A stretch of 64,000 bases of DNA, from the NCBI GenBank assembly GCA_964387595.1, contig CAYLYF010000004.1, positions 2,139-66,138 of the forward strand. The letters run 5' to 3'. This stretch comes from an uncultured Thermodesulfobacteriota bacterium. GTDB lineage: Bacteria; Desulfobacterota; WTBG01; CAIYCZ01; CAIRTM01. The notes below the pieces were generated by a model. The model searched no databases, had not been told where the DNA came from, and was given only the letters and a program-made list of their open reading frames with translations. Within the stretch, counting starts at the first letter, position 1, and each line of letters opens with the position of its first letter. Made by a program: the position numbers and the translations under genes. Positions 9,248-19,295 of the stretch are shown in pieces.

Positions 9248-10576
9248 ATGTATGATGTTGCAATAGTGGGCGCGGGCCCTTCAGGGCTGCATGCAGCAAA
9301 GTGGGCAGCTAAAAAAGGACTGAGCGTTGTACTCGTAGAAAAACGTATTGATATCTCAAAGATCACCCGGTACTGCAGTGAGCATCTTATTTTAGACGAA
9401 AATTATAATGGCGACACGCTCATTGTGGAGCCCGGTCTACCGCCGGAAGGGCCGTATAAGATCGTTCCTGCAAACAATAAGAACAAGATCCGCTCTGCTA
9501 AATTCGGATGGGAAATAACCTATCACGGTCCCTTATGTCCCTGTCTGGATAAATACTACTATTCCGCCGATCTCGACCACAACGCACATTTTACCTGGCC
9601 GGGGTTCAAACCGCTTGCCTGGAAATATGACAAGGGAGGCCTTCAGCAGCAGCTGCTGGATGAGGTTTTGGCTCTGGGAGTGGAGTATGCTAGCGGAACC
9701 ACCTGTTATGAAGCGCGTGATACCGGGAATTCGGAAGGTGTGCTTTTAAAATGTGTAAGCAAGGGGAAGCGTTTTACCCTGAAAGCCAAAAAACTCCTTG
9801 CTGCGGACGGCGCCAGCGCTCAGATCGCGCAGAGTATGGGAATAAACGATGGCAGAATGTTTTTAGCGACTGCGCCGGTTGTGGCGATCTATATGTCCGG
9901 GGTGAAAGAGTATAACCGGAATCACTGGGTCGGGTACTGGGGGTCGTGCTATGGGTCAAATTACGCACCGCTGATTGGCACCGGCCCTCATGGGCATTTT
10001 GACTGGGCCGATTTGATCATGGTGGGGACTGAAAAACAGCGGCCGCTGGAGCTTTTTGAATATTTTACGAAAAAGAGTCCTGTTGCCTGGAAGTTTGAAA
10101 ATGCCAAAGTCGAGCAGATGCACAGCTGCACCACCAAGGCGTTTGCGCCTTTAAAAAAACCCTACAAGGGGAACTGCCTGGTGATTGGGGACGCAGCGGC
10201 ATTTGTCGAGGTGCAGGCCCAGGGAGCGCTGAACTGCGGGTATTGGGCTGCTGATGCGGTTGCAAAGGAACTGGAAGGCAAAGACGGTTTTGAGGATTAC
10301 GCCCGCACATGGCAGGAGACCTTTGAATTTAACGATGACGGTATGATGCAGGTCACTACCGGATATGCCCTGATTCCATACTATACAGATGAACAGGTGG
10401 TGTATCTGTTTTCTCTTTTAGATGATGTTACGCTGAACGGAAGCTGGAGTCAGTACGAATCGCCCCGCCTGATCTGGGGTGCAATTCACAAACATGATCA
10501 GCGTATTCAGGAGGAACGGCCGGATGTATGGGAGAAGGTTCAGAAACAGCAGGCAAGGAGTCTGGCAGATCAATAA
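9248..10576 (+). CDS. FAD-dependent oxidoreductase of the geranylgeranyl-reductase-like family
   Basis: It has a Rossmann motif (MYDVAIVGAGPSGLHAAKWAAKKGLSVVLVEKR). It is paralogous to the 22645-23916 gene. Confidence 0.7.
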   Translation: MYDVAIVGAGPSGLHAAKWAAKKGLSVVLVEKRIDISKITRYCSEHLILDENYNGDTLIVEPGLPPEGPYKIVPANNKNKIRSAKFGWEITYHGPLCPCLDKYYYSADLDHNAHFTWPGFKPLAWKYDKGGLQQQLLDEVLALGVEYASGTTCYEARDTGNSEGVLLKCVSKGKRFTLKAKKLLAADGASAQIAQSMGINDGRMFLATAPVVAIYMSGVKEYNRNHWVGYWGSCYGSNYAPLIGTGPHGHFDWADLIMVGTEKQRPLELFEYFTKKSPVAWKFENAKVEQMHSCTTKAFAPLKKPYKGNCLVIGDAAAFVEVQAQGALNCGYWAADAVAKELEGKDGFEDYARTWQETFEFNDDGMMQVTTGYALIPYYTDEQVVYLFSLLDDVTLNGSWSQYESPRLIWGAIHKHDQRIQEERPDVWEKVQKQQARSLADQ

Positions 10577-10620
10577 GCGTGTGATGAACGGACAGGAAAG
10601 GTAATAAAATTAATAACAGA

Positions 10621-10733
10621 AAAAGGTATTGGAGAAAGTTGAAATTTTTAAGCACGGACCCCCTCCTGCAAAAAAAATCTGTTTTCTCCATGCCTTTTGA
10701 TTTTCTCTTAAGGAGGTTGTTTTGAAAATCATA
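10621..10733 (+). promoter_or_regulatory. Conserved ~110-nt leader element, copy A. It runs GGAG ... CCCCCTCC (anti-SD) ... AAGGAGG, and ends at the TTG start of the next gene.
   Basis: It is about 80% identical to 24542-24655, including the blocks CGGACCCCCTCC, ATGCCTTTTGATTT and TAAGGAGGTTGTTTTGAAAAT. Confidence 0.6.
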
Positions 10734-11357
10734 GGATTTCTGGGAAGCCCCAGGGTTAAGGGAATTTGCTGCCGGCTTTTGCAGGCAGTACTGGATGGCG
10801 CGCAAAGTCGTGGCGCGGTTGTCCATCGGATTGACCTTATTAAACAAAATATTCAGCACTGTATGGGTTGCTGCAAGTGTATTTTTGATGATCCTTTGCT
10901 TCCCATCGGCCGGTGTCCGATAAAAGATGATATGAAAGAAATCCTTGAGGAATATGCTGCGGCGGACGGCTATGTGTTTGCAAGCCCGGTTTATGATGGG
11001 TCCGTTACAGCGCTGATGAAAAAGTTTATGGAAAGAAAATTCGGTTTGGCCCATCGTTCGCCGGAAGCGCATGCCACTATTTGCGCTGCGCGTGTTCCGG
11101 CTGAGTTTAAAAAAAAAGCAGTGATGCTGGTTACCGGAAACTGTCCTGATGAATACCGGGAGGTGATGGGGGACCCCTGTTTTGAGCTGATGGGGGCTGA
11201 CTGGATGATCGAACAGGTTGAAACAACGGGTCAATTATATGTCGGCGGTGTAGAGACCCTGACTGAAACGGAAACTGCCGACCGTCTTGAAAAAGCCTTT
11301 GAGATGGGCCGGGATATGGTTGATAAAATAGAGCAGGAGCGCAACGCATCCGAGTGA
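10722..11357 (+). CDS. flavodoxin-like fold protein, NAD(P)H-dependent FMN reductase / iron-sulfur-flavoprotein-like
   Basis: MKIIGFLGSPRVKG...FASPVYDGSVTALMKKFMER pattern. It has a TTG start immediately after a strong SD (AAGGAGG). Confidence 0.55.
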   Translation: MKIIGFLGSPRVKGICCRLLQAVLDGAQSRGAVVHRIDLIKQNIQHCMGCCKCIFDDPLLPIGRCPIKDDMKEILEEYAAADGYVFASPVYDGSVTALMKKFMERKFGLAHRSPEAHATICAARVPAEFKKKAVMLVTGNCPDEYREVMGDPCFELMGADWMIEQVETTGQLYVGGVETLTETETADRLEKAFEMGRDMVDKIEQERNASE

Positions 11358-11377
11358 AACAGAGCCTGTGAAGAGGT

Positions 11378-12703
11378 ATGCTGTTATATGGAAATTGCGT
11401 CTTCAGAACATTAAAGCTTCAGAAACAGGAGATAAAATTGGAACATGGAAAAAAAGGACCTCTACATGGCGTGACCATACTGGATTTTACCTGGGTGCTG
11501 GCAGGACCCTTTGCGACCCGGACACTTGCGGATATGGGTGCAGAGATTATCAAGGTTGAGCGCTACAAGGATGGAACCAATGAACGGCACTTACCCCTGA
11601 TTGTGGAAAATGATGGGGTAAAGCAAAGTTCTTATAACATTAACTGCAATCGGGGAAAAAAGAGTATTTGTGTGAATCTGAAAGAAGTTCAGGGCCGGGA
11701 GTTGATCCATGACCTGATCAAAAAAAGCGATGTGCTGATGGAAAACTTTGCGCCAGGCGTTATGGAACGTTTGGACCTTGATTATGATTCTGTAAAAAAG
11801 ATCAATCCGGAAATTGTTTACTGCTCGGTGTCCTGCTTTGGGCACTGGGGACCTTATGCGATGAAACCCGGGTATGATCTGATTGCCCAGGGGGCCAGTG
11901 GATGGACCGATCAGAGCATTACGACCCAGATCGCGCCGGTTTCAATCGGTGACATGACTGCGTCAATGCATGCGGCAACAGCAGTTCTGGCAGCGCTTTA
12001 CAGCCGGAAGGAAACCGGGAAAGGTCAGAATATTGATATCTCCATGATGGACTGCTTATTTACCTTTCATGAAAATACGCTGCCCTGGTATCTGCTGACG
12101 GATGCTATCGGCAAGCCGGTTGAGCCGCCAAAGATCGGGCGGTTGCATCCGGGATATGCGCCCTATGGGATTTATAAGGCAAAGGACGGAGATATTACCA
12201 TAGCCTGTTTAACCCAGCCGCGCTGGGAAGGATTGGTTCGGGCCATGGGCCGGGATTATGAGTGGCTGCTTTCAGATCCCAGAGCGGCCGATGTTTCCAC
12301 CCGGTGTACGGAAAATAACGCGCCGTTTATTCACAAAGTTGTTGAGGAATGGGTTTTGTCAAATACTTCGGTTGACCAGGTGGAGAAAAAACTGGAAAAG
12401 AACGGTGTTCCCTGTCTCCGGGTCAGGGGGATTAAGGAGCTGGCAGACGTGGATCCTCATATTAAAGCACGAGAAATGATGGTTGAGGTTGAACAGCCGT
12501 TTGTGGGTAAAATGAAGATGTACGGCAGTCCGTTTAAAATGTCTGAAACACCCTGCGGCATTAAAGGACATGCGCCGCTGCTGGGGGAAAACAATTTTGA
12601 TGTCCTGCGTAAGAATCTTGGTTATACAGAGGATAAGATTTCAGAGCTTTATGACAATAATGTCCTCTATCATGAAGTGGCTGTTAATAGGTTAAAACCT
12701 TAA
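11378..12703 (+). CDS. CoA-transferase family III (CaiB/BaiF-like)
   Basis: VTILDFTWVLAGPFATRTLADMGAEIIKVER signature. The true start may be the TTG at 11438, which follows a GGAG. Confidence 0.8.
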   Translation: MLLYGNCVFRTLKLQKQEIKLEHGKKGPLHGVTILDFTWVLAGPFATRTLADMGAEIIKVERYKDGTNERHLPLIVENDGVKQSSYNINCNRGKKSICVNLKEVQGRELIHDLIKKSDVLMENFAPGVMERLDLDYDSVKKINPEIVYCSVSCFGHWGPYAMKPGYDLIAQGASGWTDQSITTQIAPVSIGDMTASMHAATAVLAALYSRKETGKGQNIDISMMDCLFTFHENTLPWYLLTDAIGKPVEPPKIGRLHPGYAPYGIYKAKDGDITIACLTQPRWEGLVRAMGRDYEWLLSDPRAADVSTRCTENNAPFIHKVVEEWVLSNTSVDQVEKKLEKNGVPCLRVRGIKELADVDPHIKAREMMVEVEQPFVGKMKMYGSPFKMSETPCGIKGHAPLLGENNFDVLRKNLGYTEDKISELYDNNVLYHEVAVNRLKP

Positions 12704-12730
12704 TATAATTAATAACCGAAGAAGAAGGGA

Positions 12731-13771
12731 ATGAAAAAGATGACTAAAGAGAAAAATTCTGCTCAGGAAGAAAACACAGAAGGCACCATTGAAAAAATGA
12801 TGCAGATGAAACCGTTCCGGCATTTTGACAGCCATGGCCATCCGGGTCTTGAAAAAAAAGGGATTGCGGACAGACAAGGGTGTCAGGAGTTCTGGTGCGG
12901 CAACTCGGTTGTGTCCCGCAGCATGATGGGCGCCCGCGCTTTGCTGGGCGACCCCAACCCTTTTGCCGTGATCACAAAACCTGAAGAATGCCCTGAGATG
13001 ACGCCGGAAGTATTCGTTCAGTATATGGACCAGGCCAATATTGAAGGGATGTGCCTGCAGGCGATACACGGGGTGACTGAACCCTTTGGCCCGGACAAGA
13101 AGGTCTGGAAATGGCATGTGCCCAATGAATACGTGAAAAAAGAGTTTATCGACGCTTTTCCCGGACGGTTCACGGCCGTGGGCGGAGTGCATACCCGTTA
13201 CGGCGTGGAAGCCGCGCTGGAAATGGTGCAGTCGGCCCATGACTGCGGTTTTCCGGGGCTGAAGTTTCATACCGCAACCTCCGGCTGTCCTAATATGAAG
13301 GAGATGTACCCGGTCTATGAAAAATGCGTGGAGCTCGGTCTTCATGTCCAGTTTCACACCGGATGCGAGGAATTGCCCGGTACGCGGACCAAGTGGCAGA
13401 ACCCGGAGCATATGGATGACGTGGCCATTGATTTTCCGGACCTGAAAATCCTGCAGCTGCACTGCGGCATGTTCAATAATATTGAAATGAGTCTCTGGCA
13501 TGTGATGAAGCATGATAATTATTATACGGACGTGGTTATGCCGGTACCCCTGCTGATGCATTTCCGGCAGTTTTTCGACATGGACCACATGCGGTTTCTG
13601 GAGTTTTTTATACCGGACAAGGTCTTCTATGGCACGGATTTTCCGCTGACCATGCCGTTTTACAAACCCATGCTGGACAATATTATGAATATGCCGCTGA
13701 GCATGGAGTTTAAGCATAAATTGACCGGTAATAACTTTAGAAAGTTTGTGAACTGGGAGAGTGCTGCCTGA
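12731..13771 (+). CDS. amidohydrolase-2 family metal-dependent hydrolase or decarboxylase
   Basis: It has the N-terminal FDSHGH metal-binding motif and a TIM-barrel-like length. It sits in a catabolic context. Confidence 0.6.
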   Translation: MKKMTKEKNSAQEENTEGTIEKMMQMKPFRHFDSHGHPGLEKKGIADRQGCQEFWCGNSVVSRSMMGARALLGDPNPFAVITKPEECPEMTPEVFVQYMDQANIEGMCLQAIHGVTEPFGPDKKVWKWHVPNEYVKKEFIDAFPGRFTAVGGVHTRYGVEAALEMVQSAHDCGFPGLKFHTATSGCPNMKEMYPVYEKCVELGLHVQFHTGCEELPGTRTKWQNPEHMDDVAIDFPDLKILQLHCGMFNNIEMSLWHVMKHDNYYTDVVMPVPLLMHFRQFFDMDHMRFLEFFIPDKVFYGTDFPLTMPFYKPMLDNIMNMPLSMEFKHKLTGNNFRKFVNWESAA

Positions 13772-13849
13772 TAGATCGTCATATGAATCGTTTATGAATA
13801 AACAGACGTAACACGGCCAGCGCCGGTATGCGTTAACGGAGGAAAAGAA

Positions 13850-15046
13850 ATGAGAGAAGTTGTCGTTCTGGGCGCCTGCCGAACACCTATTGGAAGTTTC
13901 CTGGGCACCTTAAAAAATGTTCATGTAAAAGAACTGGGCAGGATTGTCGGTTCGGAAGCAATTAAAAGAGCAGGAATAACAGCGGATGATATTGACGAGA
14001 TTGTGTGCGGCAATGTGATTCAGGCGGGTGCCGGAGGGAATGTGGGCCGGCAGATACAGGGGGCTCTCGGTATTCCCTGGTCTGCCCCAGCCTGTACTGT
14101 TAATCAGCTGTGTGCTTCGGCGATGCGTGCTTTTGAGATCGGTGCCCGGAACATTATTTGCGGCGCAACAGACAGTTGCCTTGTCCTGGGTGTGGAAAAT
14201 ATGACGATGGCGCCTTATTTGATTCCTCAGGCCCGCAGCGGATACCGGATGGGTTCCGGAACCCTTGAGGACGCCATGCTTCTGGACGCGCTGGTGTGTT
14301 CGGTCGAGAATTATCATATGGGCGTAACAGCGGAAAACATTGCAACGCATTTTGAGATCTCAAGGCAGGAGCAGGATGCGCTTGCGGTGTTAAGTCAGAA
14401 TCGGGCAGCAGCTGCCATAAAAAGTGGAAGATTTAAAGACGAGATCGTTCCGGTTCAGGTCAAAAACAGGAAAGAGACCATTCTTTTTGATACGGATGAA
14501 CATCCCCGCGGAGGCACAACGGAAGAGACCTTATCGAAGTTAAAGCCTGTTTTCAGGGAAAACGGTACAGTCACTGCCGGAAATGCTTCCGGGGTGAATG
14601 ACGGAGCGGCTGCGGTGATACTGATGTTGCGGGAGAAAGCAGAAAAACTCAATCTTATTCCCCGGGTAAAAGTTCTTGCGACAGCAAGCGTGGGAGTTGA
14701 GCCGGAGGTGATGGGGCTGGGCCCTGCCCGGGCCATTCCCGGAGCCTTAAAATCGGCAGGACTTGATTTTGAACAAATAGATTATTTTGAGGTCAATGAA
14801 GCTTTCGCGGCCCAGTTTCTGGGGGTGGGAAGAATTCTTGAAATAGAGTACGGAATGGTTCTTAACATGGAAAAAACTAACCGGAACGGGTCAGGTATTT
14901 CACTTGGACATCCGGTAGGCTGTTCAGGCCTTCGCGTCATTGTGTCGCTGATTCATGAAATGTATAAAACGGGCGAAAACCTGGGCTGCGCATCCCTGTG
15001 TGCCGGGGGTGGCCCGGGTATGGCAGCCATACTTGAAAGGCTGTAA
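13850..15046 (+). CDS. acetyl-CoA C-acyltransferase (thiolase)
   Basis: VLGACRTPIGSFLGTL, NQLCASAMRA (the active-site Cys) and a C-terminal GGGPGMAAILERL. Confidence 0.85.
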   Translation: MREVVVLGACRTPIGSFLGTLKNVHVKELGRIVGSEAIKRAGITADDIDEIVCGNVIQAGAGGNVGRQIQGALGIPWSAPACTVNQLCASAMRAFEIGARNIICGATDSCLVLGVENMTMAPYLIPQARSGYRMGSGTLEDAMLLDALVCSVENYHMGVTAENIATHFEISRQEQDALAVLSQNRAAAAIKSGRFKDEIVPVQVKNRKETILFDTDEHPRGGTTEETLSKLKPVFRENGTVTAGNASGVNDGAAAVILMLREKAEKLNLIPRVKVLATASVGVEPEVMGLGPARAIPGALKSAGLDFEQIDYFEVNEAFAAQFLGVGRILEIEYGMVLNMEKTNRNGSGISLGHPVGCSGLRVIVSLIHEMYKTGENLGCASLCAGGGPGMAAILERL

Positions 15047-15170
15047 CCGGCGGAGTTTCTGAGCGAAAAGGTGATGCGCACACGCCACATTCAGGTATGG
15101 AGCTTCCACAAAATAAATGCCATGAACATAAAATAAAGTAAAAACCTGAAAATATTATTGTGAGAAAAAA

Positions 15171-16187
15171 ATGGAAAATTCTAAAAAAAAAGGGCTGCTT
15201 GTCTACGATTCAATATATGGCGCGACTGCAGAAGTAGCCTACTGGATAAAAGATCTGATCGGAAAAGAGCACTACCTTGAGGTGAAGCGACAGGGTCAGG
15301 TGACGACGGTCAGGCCCTTTGATTATATTATTATCGGCAGTTACACCCGGCGGGAAAAACCTTCCAAAGCAACTTATGCCTTTGTACAGAAACATCTTGA
15401 AGATCTGTCTCAAAAACAGGTGTGCTATTTTCTGACCTGCGGAGACAGTGACGAAACCCAGCTGCTTAATATTCCCGGATCACCTCCCCATTTGATTGCC
15501 GGGCGGAATTATTTTACGGATATCCTTAAAAAATTTTCGGCGGTAAAGCCGTTGGTGATCGGCGGGTTTGGGGGGCGGCAGGTCTATCCGGCGCTTCACC
15601 TGATGGACAGATTAACCGTTGATCTGGTGGGGAAAATGGCCAAGGAAAGCGGTGCGCCCTGGCAGGGACGCGATATCTGGGAATCGCTGATCCCGGAACG
15701 GGTGGAGGTTTTTGCCGGAGAGATCCGGGAGAAAATACTTGAAAAGCCGGCAAAAGAAGATGTTATGCCGTACCGATGCTATTGGCAATCCATTCTTCCA
15801 GCAGCACTTAGTGATGACGGGATGTTAAAGCAGGATCCCGGGAAGTACACCACCCGGCTGAGTACACCGAAAGTCTATTTTAGCAGGTCACATATCAGAG
15901 GTGATTTTGAAACGCTGGATCCTCTTATCCTTGAATGGGCCGATCAGGCGGGTGTTCAGTTGCTTGAGCAGAGCAGAACATTTTTTAACATCTATTGCCA
16001 TGCTGTAAAATCATACCGTAATAAGAAAGCAACCATTCACATAACTTCGGCCGTTTTTCCTGAGGATCCCGGTAATGTTCATGTTGCCTTTCGCTGTTAT
16101 GAAAAACAGCCGGCGCGTGAGGGAGCTGAACACGATATTCAGAGTGCAGAAAAAATCCTGTGGGCAGAAGGCCGTCAGGTGGAATGA
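15171..16187 (+). CDS. flavodoxin-domain protein with an uncharacterised C-terminal extension
   Basis: The N-terminal KKGLLVYDSIYGATAEVAYWIKDLIG resembles a flavodoxin. The total length is 338 aa. Confidence 0.45.
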   Translation: MENSKKKGLLVYDSIYGATAEVAYWIKDLIGKEHYLEVKRQGQVTTVRPFDYIIIGSYTRREKPSKATYAFVQKHLEDLSQKQVCYFLTCGDSDETQLLNIPGSPPHLIAGRNYFTDILKKFSAVKPLVIGGFGGRQVYPALHLMDRLTVDLVGKMAKESGAPWQGRDIWESLIPERVEVFAGEIREKILEKPAKEDVMPYRCYWQSILPAALSDDGMLKQDPGKYTTRLSTPKVYFSRSHIRGDFETLDPLILEWADQAGVQLLEQSRTFFNIYCHAVKSYRNKKATIHITSAVFPEDPGNVHVAFRCYEKQPAREGAEHDIQSAEKILWAEGRQVE

Positions 16188-16393
16188 AATAATGCTGCCG
16201 GTGGTGTCAGAACCGGATTTTCCAACGAATCTGGCATTCCGGAAGATCAGAACAAAAGGCTATGAGAAGACAATGCGCAGCCCTCTTAAGCGGGATACAT
16301 TCTTTTCTTAACAGGAATATGCTTTTCAGATCAGCCAAAAGCAATCTTTCTTTTAAATAAAGATTTTAATGCATGACTAAAAAGGAGGGAAAG

Positions 16394-17947
16394 ATGAAAA
16401 GGGCAATTTGTTTTAGTCTGGGGTTTGTGTTTTTTATGCTTGCGGCAGAGAGTGCCCTGGCAACGGTGAAACTGTTTGATGAAAAGCTTACTTTAAACGG
16501 TTATGTAAAGGAAGTGGCTTTCTACAGAACCAGCATGCAGGATATGGAGGCGAAATATCATGATACGAACTTTGATTTCTTAAAGACAAGCGCTGGTATT
16601 GAGGCACTCTACAGCATAAAGGAGAGTCAGGATCTGACCATTCGGTTTTTTACGGGGTTAAAATGGTGGTATGAAGCCGCGCCCAGAATTGATGACCAGT
16701 ATGGACGGTCGATGGATCACCGGTTCAAAAAAGATTACGTGACGCCGAGGGATTTTGATGAGGATGTGCTGAATGAGGCATATTTTGATTTTATCAGCGG
16801 TCCCTTTCAGGTCCGAATCGGAAAGCAGATCGTTGTTTGGGGAAACCTTGATGTAGACCGGGCCGCGGATGTAGTTAATCCCGTTGATCTTCGCCACGCC
16901 ATGTTTGGTGTAGACAAGTGGGAAGAATTCAAGCGCGGCATATTTATGATTCGGATGTTCTACCAGACCCAGCTTCCGGGTAATCTCCGCATGGAAGCTA
17001 TATTCAATCCCGGTGATTTTAAACAGGATCTTCTTCCCCTGGACGGCGGTGGTCATTACGGCACGCCGCTCCACCTGAACAATCCATTTGATTCAGATCC
17101 ATCCTTTATGCACTGGCAGTTTGAGAAATCCCGCAGGGATGCGCCGGGGTGGAGCACAAACAACTATGAGTTCGGGTTCAAACTCAGCGGGTATACCTGG
17201 GATATTGACTGGAGCCTGATCTATTATAATTCAATAAACGGTGCTCCTATTATTGATCCCAAAGCTGTCGGACCTTTCATGGAGCAGTATATTTTTGGAA
17301 ATATTCTGCCCTGGCAGGAGGTGGGCGACTGGCCCGGTTACAGGGTTTTTAAATATAAACGGAATCAGATTGTGGGTGGTACTTTTGAAAAATGTATGAC
17401 AAGCGGCGGACTGCTTCGCGGGTCTACCCTTACAGTAGAATGGTATTATGATATCCATTCCCCGTTTAATCTTGGGACCAACGGGGATGCCTCTGCTACC
17501 TATGGAATGATCAGAAAAAACATATTGGGAGGAGCGGTAAAGTTTTATCAGAAATATAATATCCCTGGATTTACCCAAAGCCGGATCTGCACGGGAAAAC
17601 AGTTTGAAATGACCATCACCTATTACTTTGAAAAAATTTTCAAGGATGAGTATGATCTGATTCAGAATACACGCTATCATCGCCGGGGGGATTCTGTGGC
17701 GGATAGTATTTCGGTATTTTGCATGCAGCCGATGTTTAATTATGTCTGGACTTTCGTATTTAACTCCTACTACAAACCCAGAATTGGTAAATGGTTTGTG
17801 ATGCCTGCGGTAAGATATAATTTCCCCGGCAAGCATTGGTCGTTTGAAACAGGTCTCTGCCTTTATGGCGGTGCAAAAAATGACTATACCCACAGTGTTT
17901 ATGAACATAAGGACAGTGTGATATTGAAACTTACCTATGAGTGGTAA
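16394..17947 (+). CDS. DUF1302 family outer-membrane protein
   Basis: It has a signal peptide (MKRAICFSLGFVFFMLAAESALA) after the RBS AAGGAGGG. The ORF-track start at 16373 is upstream of this RBS. It is paralogous to 24700-26268 and is followed by a DUF1329 gene, as is typical. Confidence 0.65.
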   Translation: MKRAICFSLGFVFFMLAAESALATVKLFDEKLTLNGYVKEVAFYRTSMQDMEAKYHDTNFDFLKTSAGIEALYSIKESQDLTIRFFTGLKWWYEAAPRIDDQYGRSMDHRFKKDYVTPRDFDEDVLNEAYFDFISGPFQVRIGKQIVVWGNLDVDRAADVVNPVDLRHAMFGVDKWEEFKRGIFMIRMFYQTQLPGNLRMEAIFNPGDFKQDLLPLDGGGHYGTPLHLNNPFDSDPSFMHWQFEKSRRDAPGWSTNNYEFGFKLSGYTWDIDWSLIYYNSINGAPIIDPKAVGPFMEQYIFGNILPWQEVGDWPGYRVFKYKRNQIVGGTFEKCMTSGGLLRGSTLTVEWYYDIHSPFNLGTNGDASATYGMIRKNILGGAVKFYQKYNIPGFTQSRICTGKQFEMTITYYFEKIFKDEYDLIQNTRYHRRGDSVADSISVFCMQPMFNYVWTFVFNSYYKPRIGKWFVMPAVRYNFPGKHWSFETGLCLYGGAKNDYTHSVYEHKDSVILKLTYEW

Positions 17948-17984
17948 TGACATTTAAAATTCTTTTTGGAAGGGGGATACATTA

Positions 17985-19265
17985 ATGAAAGAAATAAAAA
18001 GACAGCATTATGTTTTTTGCTCCATGATTAGCTGTGTCATTTTACTTGTATTTTTCATATCCACATTGCGGGCTGAAGAAATAGTTTATCCGACTTCAGC
18101 TTATTCCAAAGATGAGCTTGCAAAGGTCAGGGAGTGGGAGAAAAACTGGGCAGGTAAAAACCTCGATAAAACAAACGTTGATCAGGTGGCTGAATTTTTG
18201 CCTGAATCTTATGTGGATATTTATAAAAATCCTGAAAAATGGGGGGCTCCTCCGGGTGAAAACATTACATCGATTCTTGTTCCGTACCAGCAGATCATTG
18301 AAACAAAGGGAATGATCGAAGCAACGAAAAAGTATGCACCTCTGGTTAAGACCAATCTGGACGGGTCCATCGCTAATTATGGTGAAATTGCGGGGGTGCC
18401 TTATCCGGCTCCGAAAACAGGTATTGAGATTGCCTGGAATATGGACTTTAATAACCATGGAGATACAGAGCATTATATGCGGGACGGACCGAACATCAAT
18501 CCGAAACAGAGAACCGAACGGTCCAGCAAGCAGGAGCAATGGTATTTGACTTTCATGCACCGGACTGAAATGGATCCCAAACCGGTACTGCCTACTAAAA
18601 AAGGAATTCTTCGCGGAACCTTTGTTCATATGTATGAACCTCCAGAGTTTATCAATACCCGGTACTATAATTTGAGATTTATGGATACGGCGAAAGATGA
18701 TATGACCTATTTCTGGTATGCCCAGTTCAGGAGAATCAGGCGTTTATCTACCACCCAGCGTACGGATTCGATTGATGGTACGGACCTGATTTATGATGAT
18801 GAATTTTTCTGGGATGGACATATTACCCGGAATACCTATACGCACAAAGGGAAGAAAGATCTTTTATGCTGTCGACACCAGGATGTGTCAAAGTTTAACC
18901 GTCCTAACGGCCAGATTATGTCAAACGACCTGATGCTGGAACGTCTGAACACACTGGTGGTGGATGTGTTCAACAAGGACCCGAGTTATCTATACAGCAA
19001 GCGGATCTGGTATGTTGACCCGGAGACTTATATTATTTTATGGACAGAGATCTACGATCAGAAGGGGCGTTTCTGGAAATGTTTCATGCAAAACACGGGG
19101 AACAATAAAACAGCCCTGGGTGAGACCAAGAACAATATTGTGGGATCGGTCTTTGTGGATTACCAGCGGACTCATGGCGGGCACAGTACAAACAAAATAA
19201 AAGGGGTTTCTGTTGAGCTCGATACCAAGATGTTTTCCATAACGAATCTGCAGAGAACGTACTAA
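17985..19265 (+). CDS. DUF1329 family (LolA-like) periplasmic / outer-membrane protein
   Basis: It is paralogous to 26292-27560. The two share the C-terminus ...NLQRTY and internal blocks (AKVREWEKNWAGK, DDEFFWDGHI). Confidence 0.65.
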   Translation: MKEIKRQHYVFCSMISCVILLVFFISTLRAEEIVYPTSAYSKDELAKVREWEKNWAGKNLDKTNVDQVAEFLPESYVDIYKNPEKWGAPPGENITSILVPYQQIIETKGMIEATKKYAPLVKTNLDGSIANYGEIAGVPYPAPKTGIEIAWNMDFNNHGDTEHYMRDGPNINPKQRTERSSKQEQWYLTFMHRTEMDPKPVLPTKKGILRGTFVHMYEPPEFINTRYYNLRFMDTAKDDMTYFWYAQFRRIRRLSTTQRTDSIDGTDLIYDDEFFWDGHITRNTYTHKGKKDLLCCRHQDVSKFNRPNGQIMSNDLMLERLNTLVVDVFNKDPSYLYSKRIWYVDPETYIILWTEIYDQKGRFWKCFMQNTGNNKTALGETKNNIVGSVFVDYQRTHGGHSTNKIKGVSVELDTKMFSITNLQRTY

Positions 19266-19295
19266 AATCATTAATTAAACAAAGGAGGGTTAGCT

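Noticed and set aside
10640-10680. Possible sigma-54 promoter in the leader (GCACGG…TGCA)
   Set aside because: It does not fit TGGCAC-N5-TTGCW spacing in copy A and is absent from copy B.
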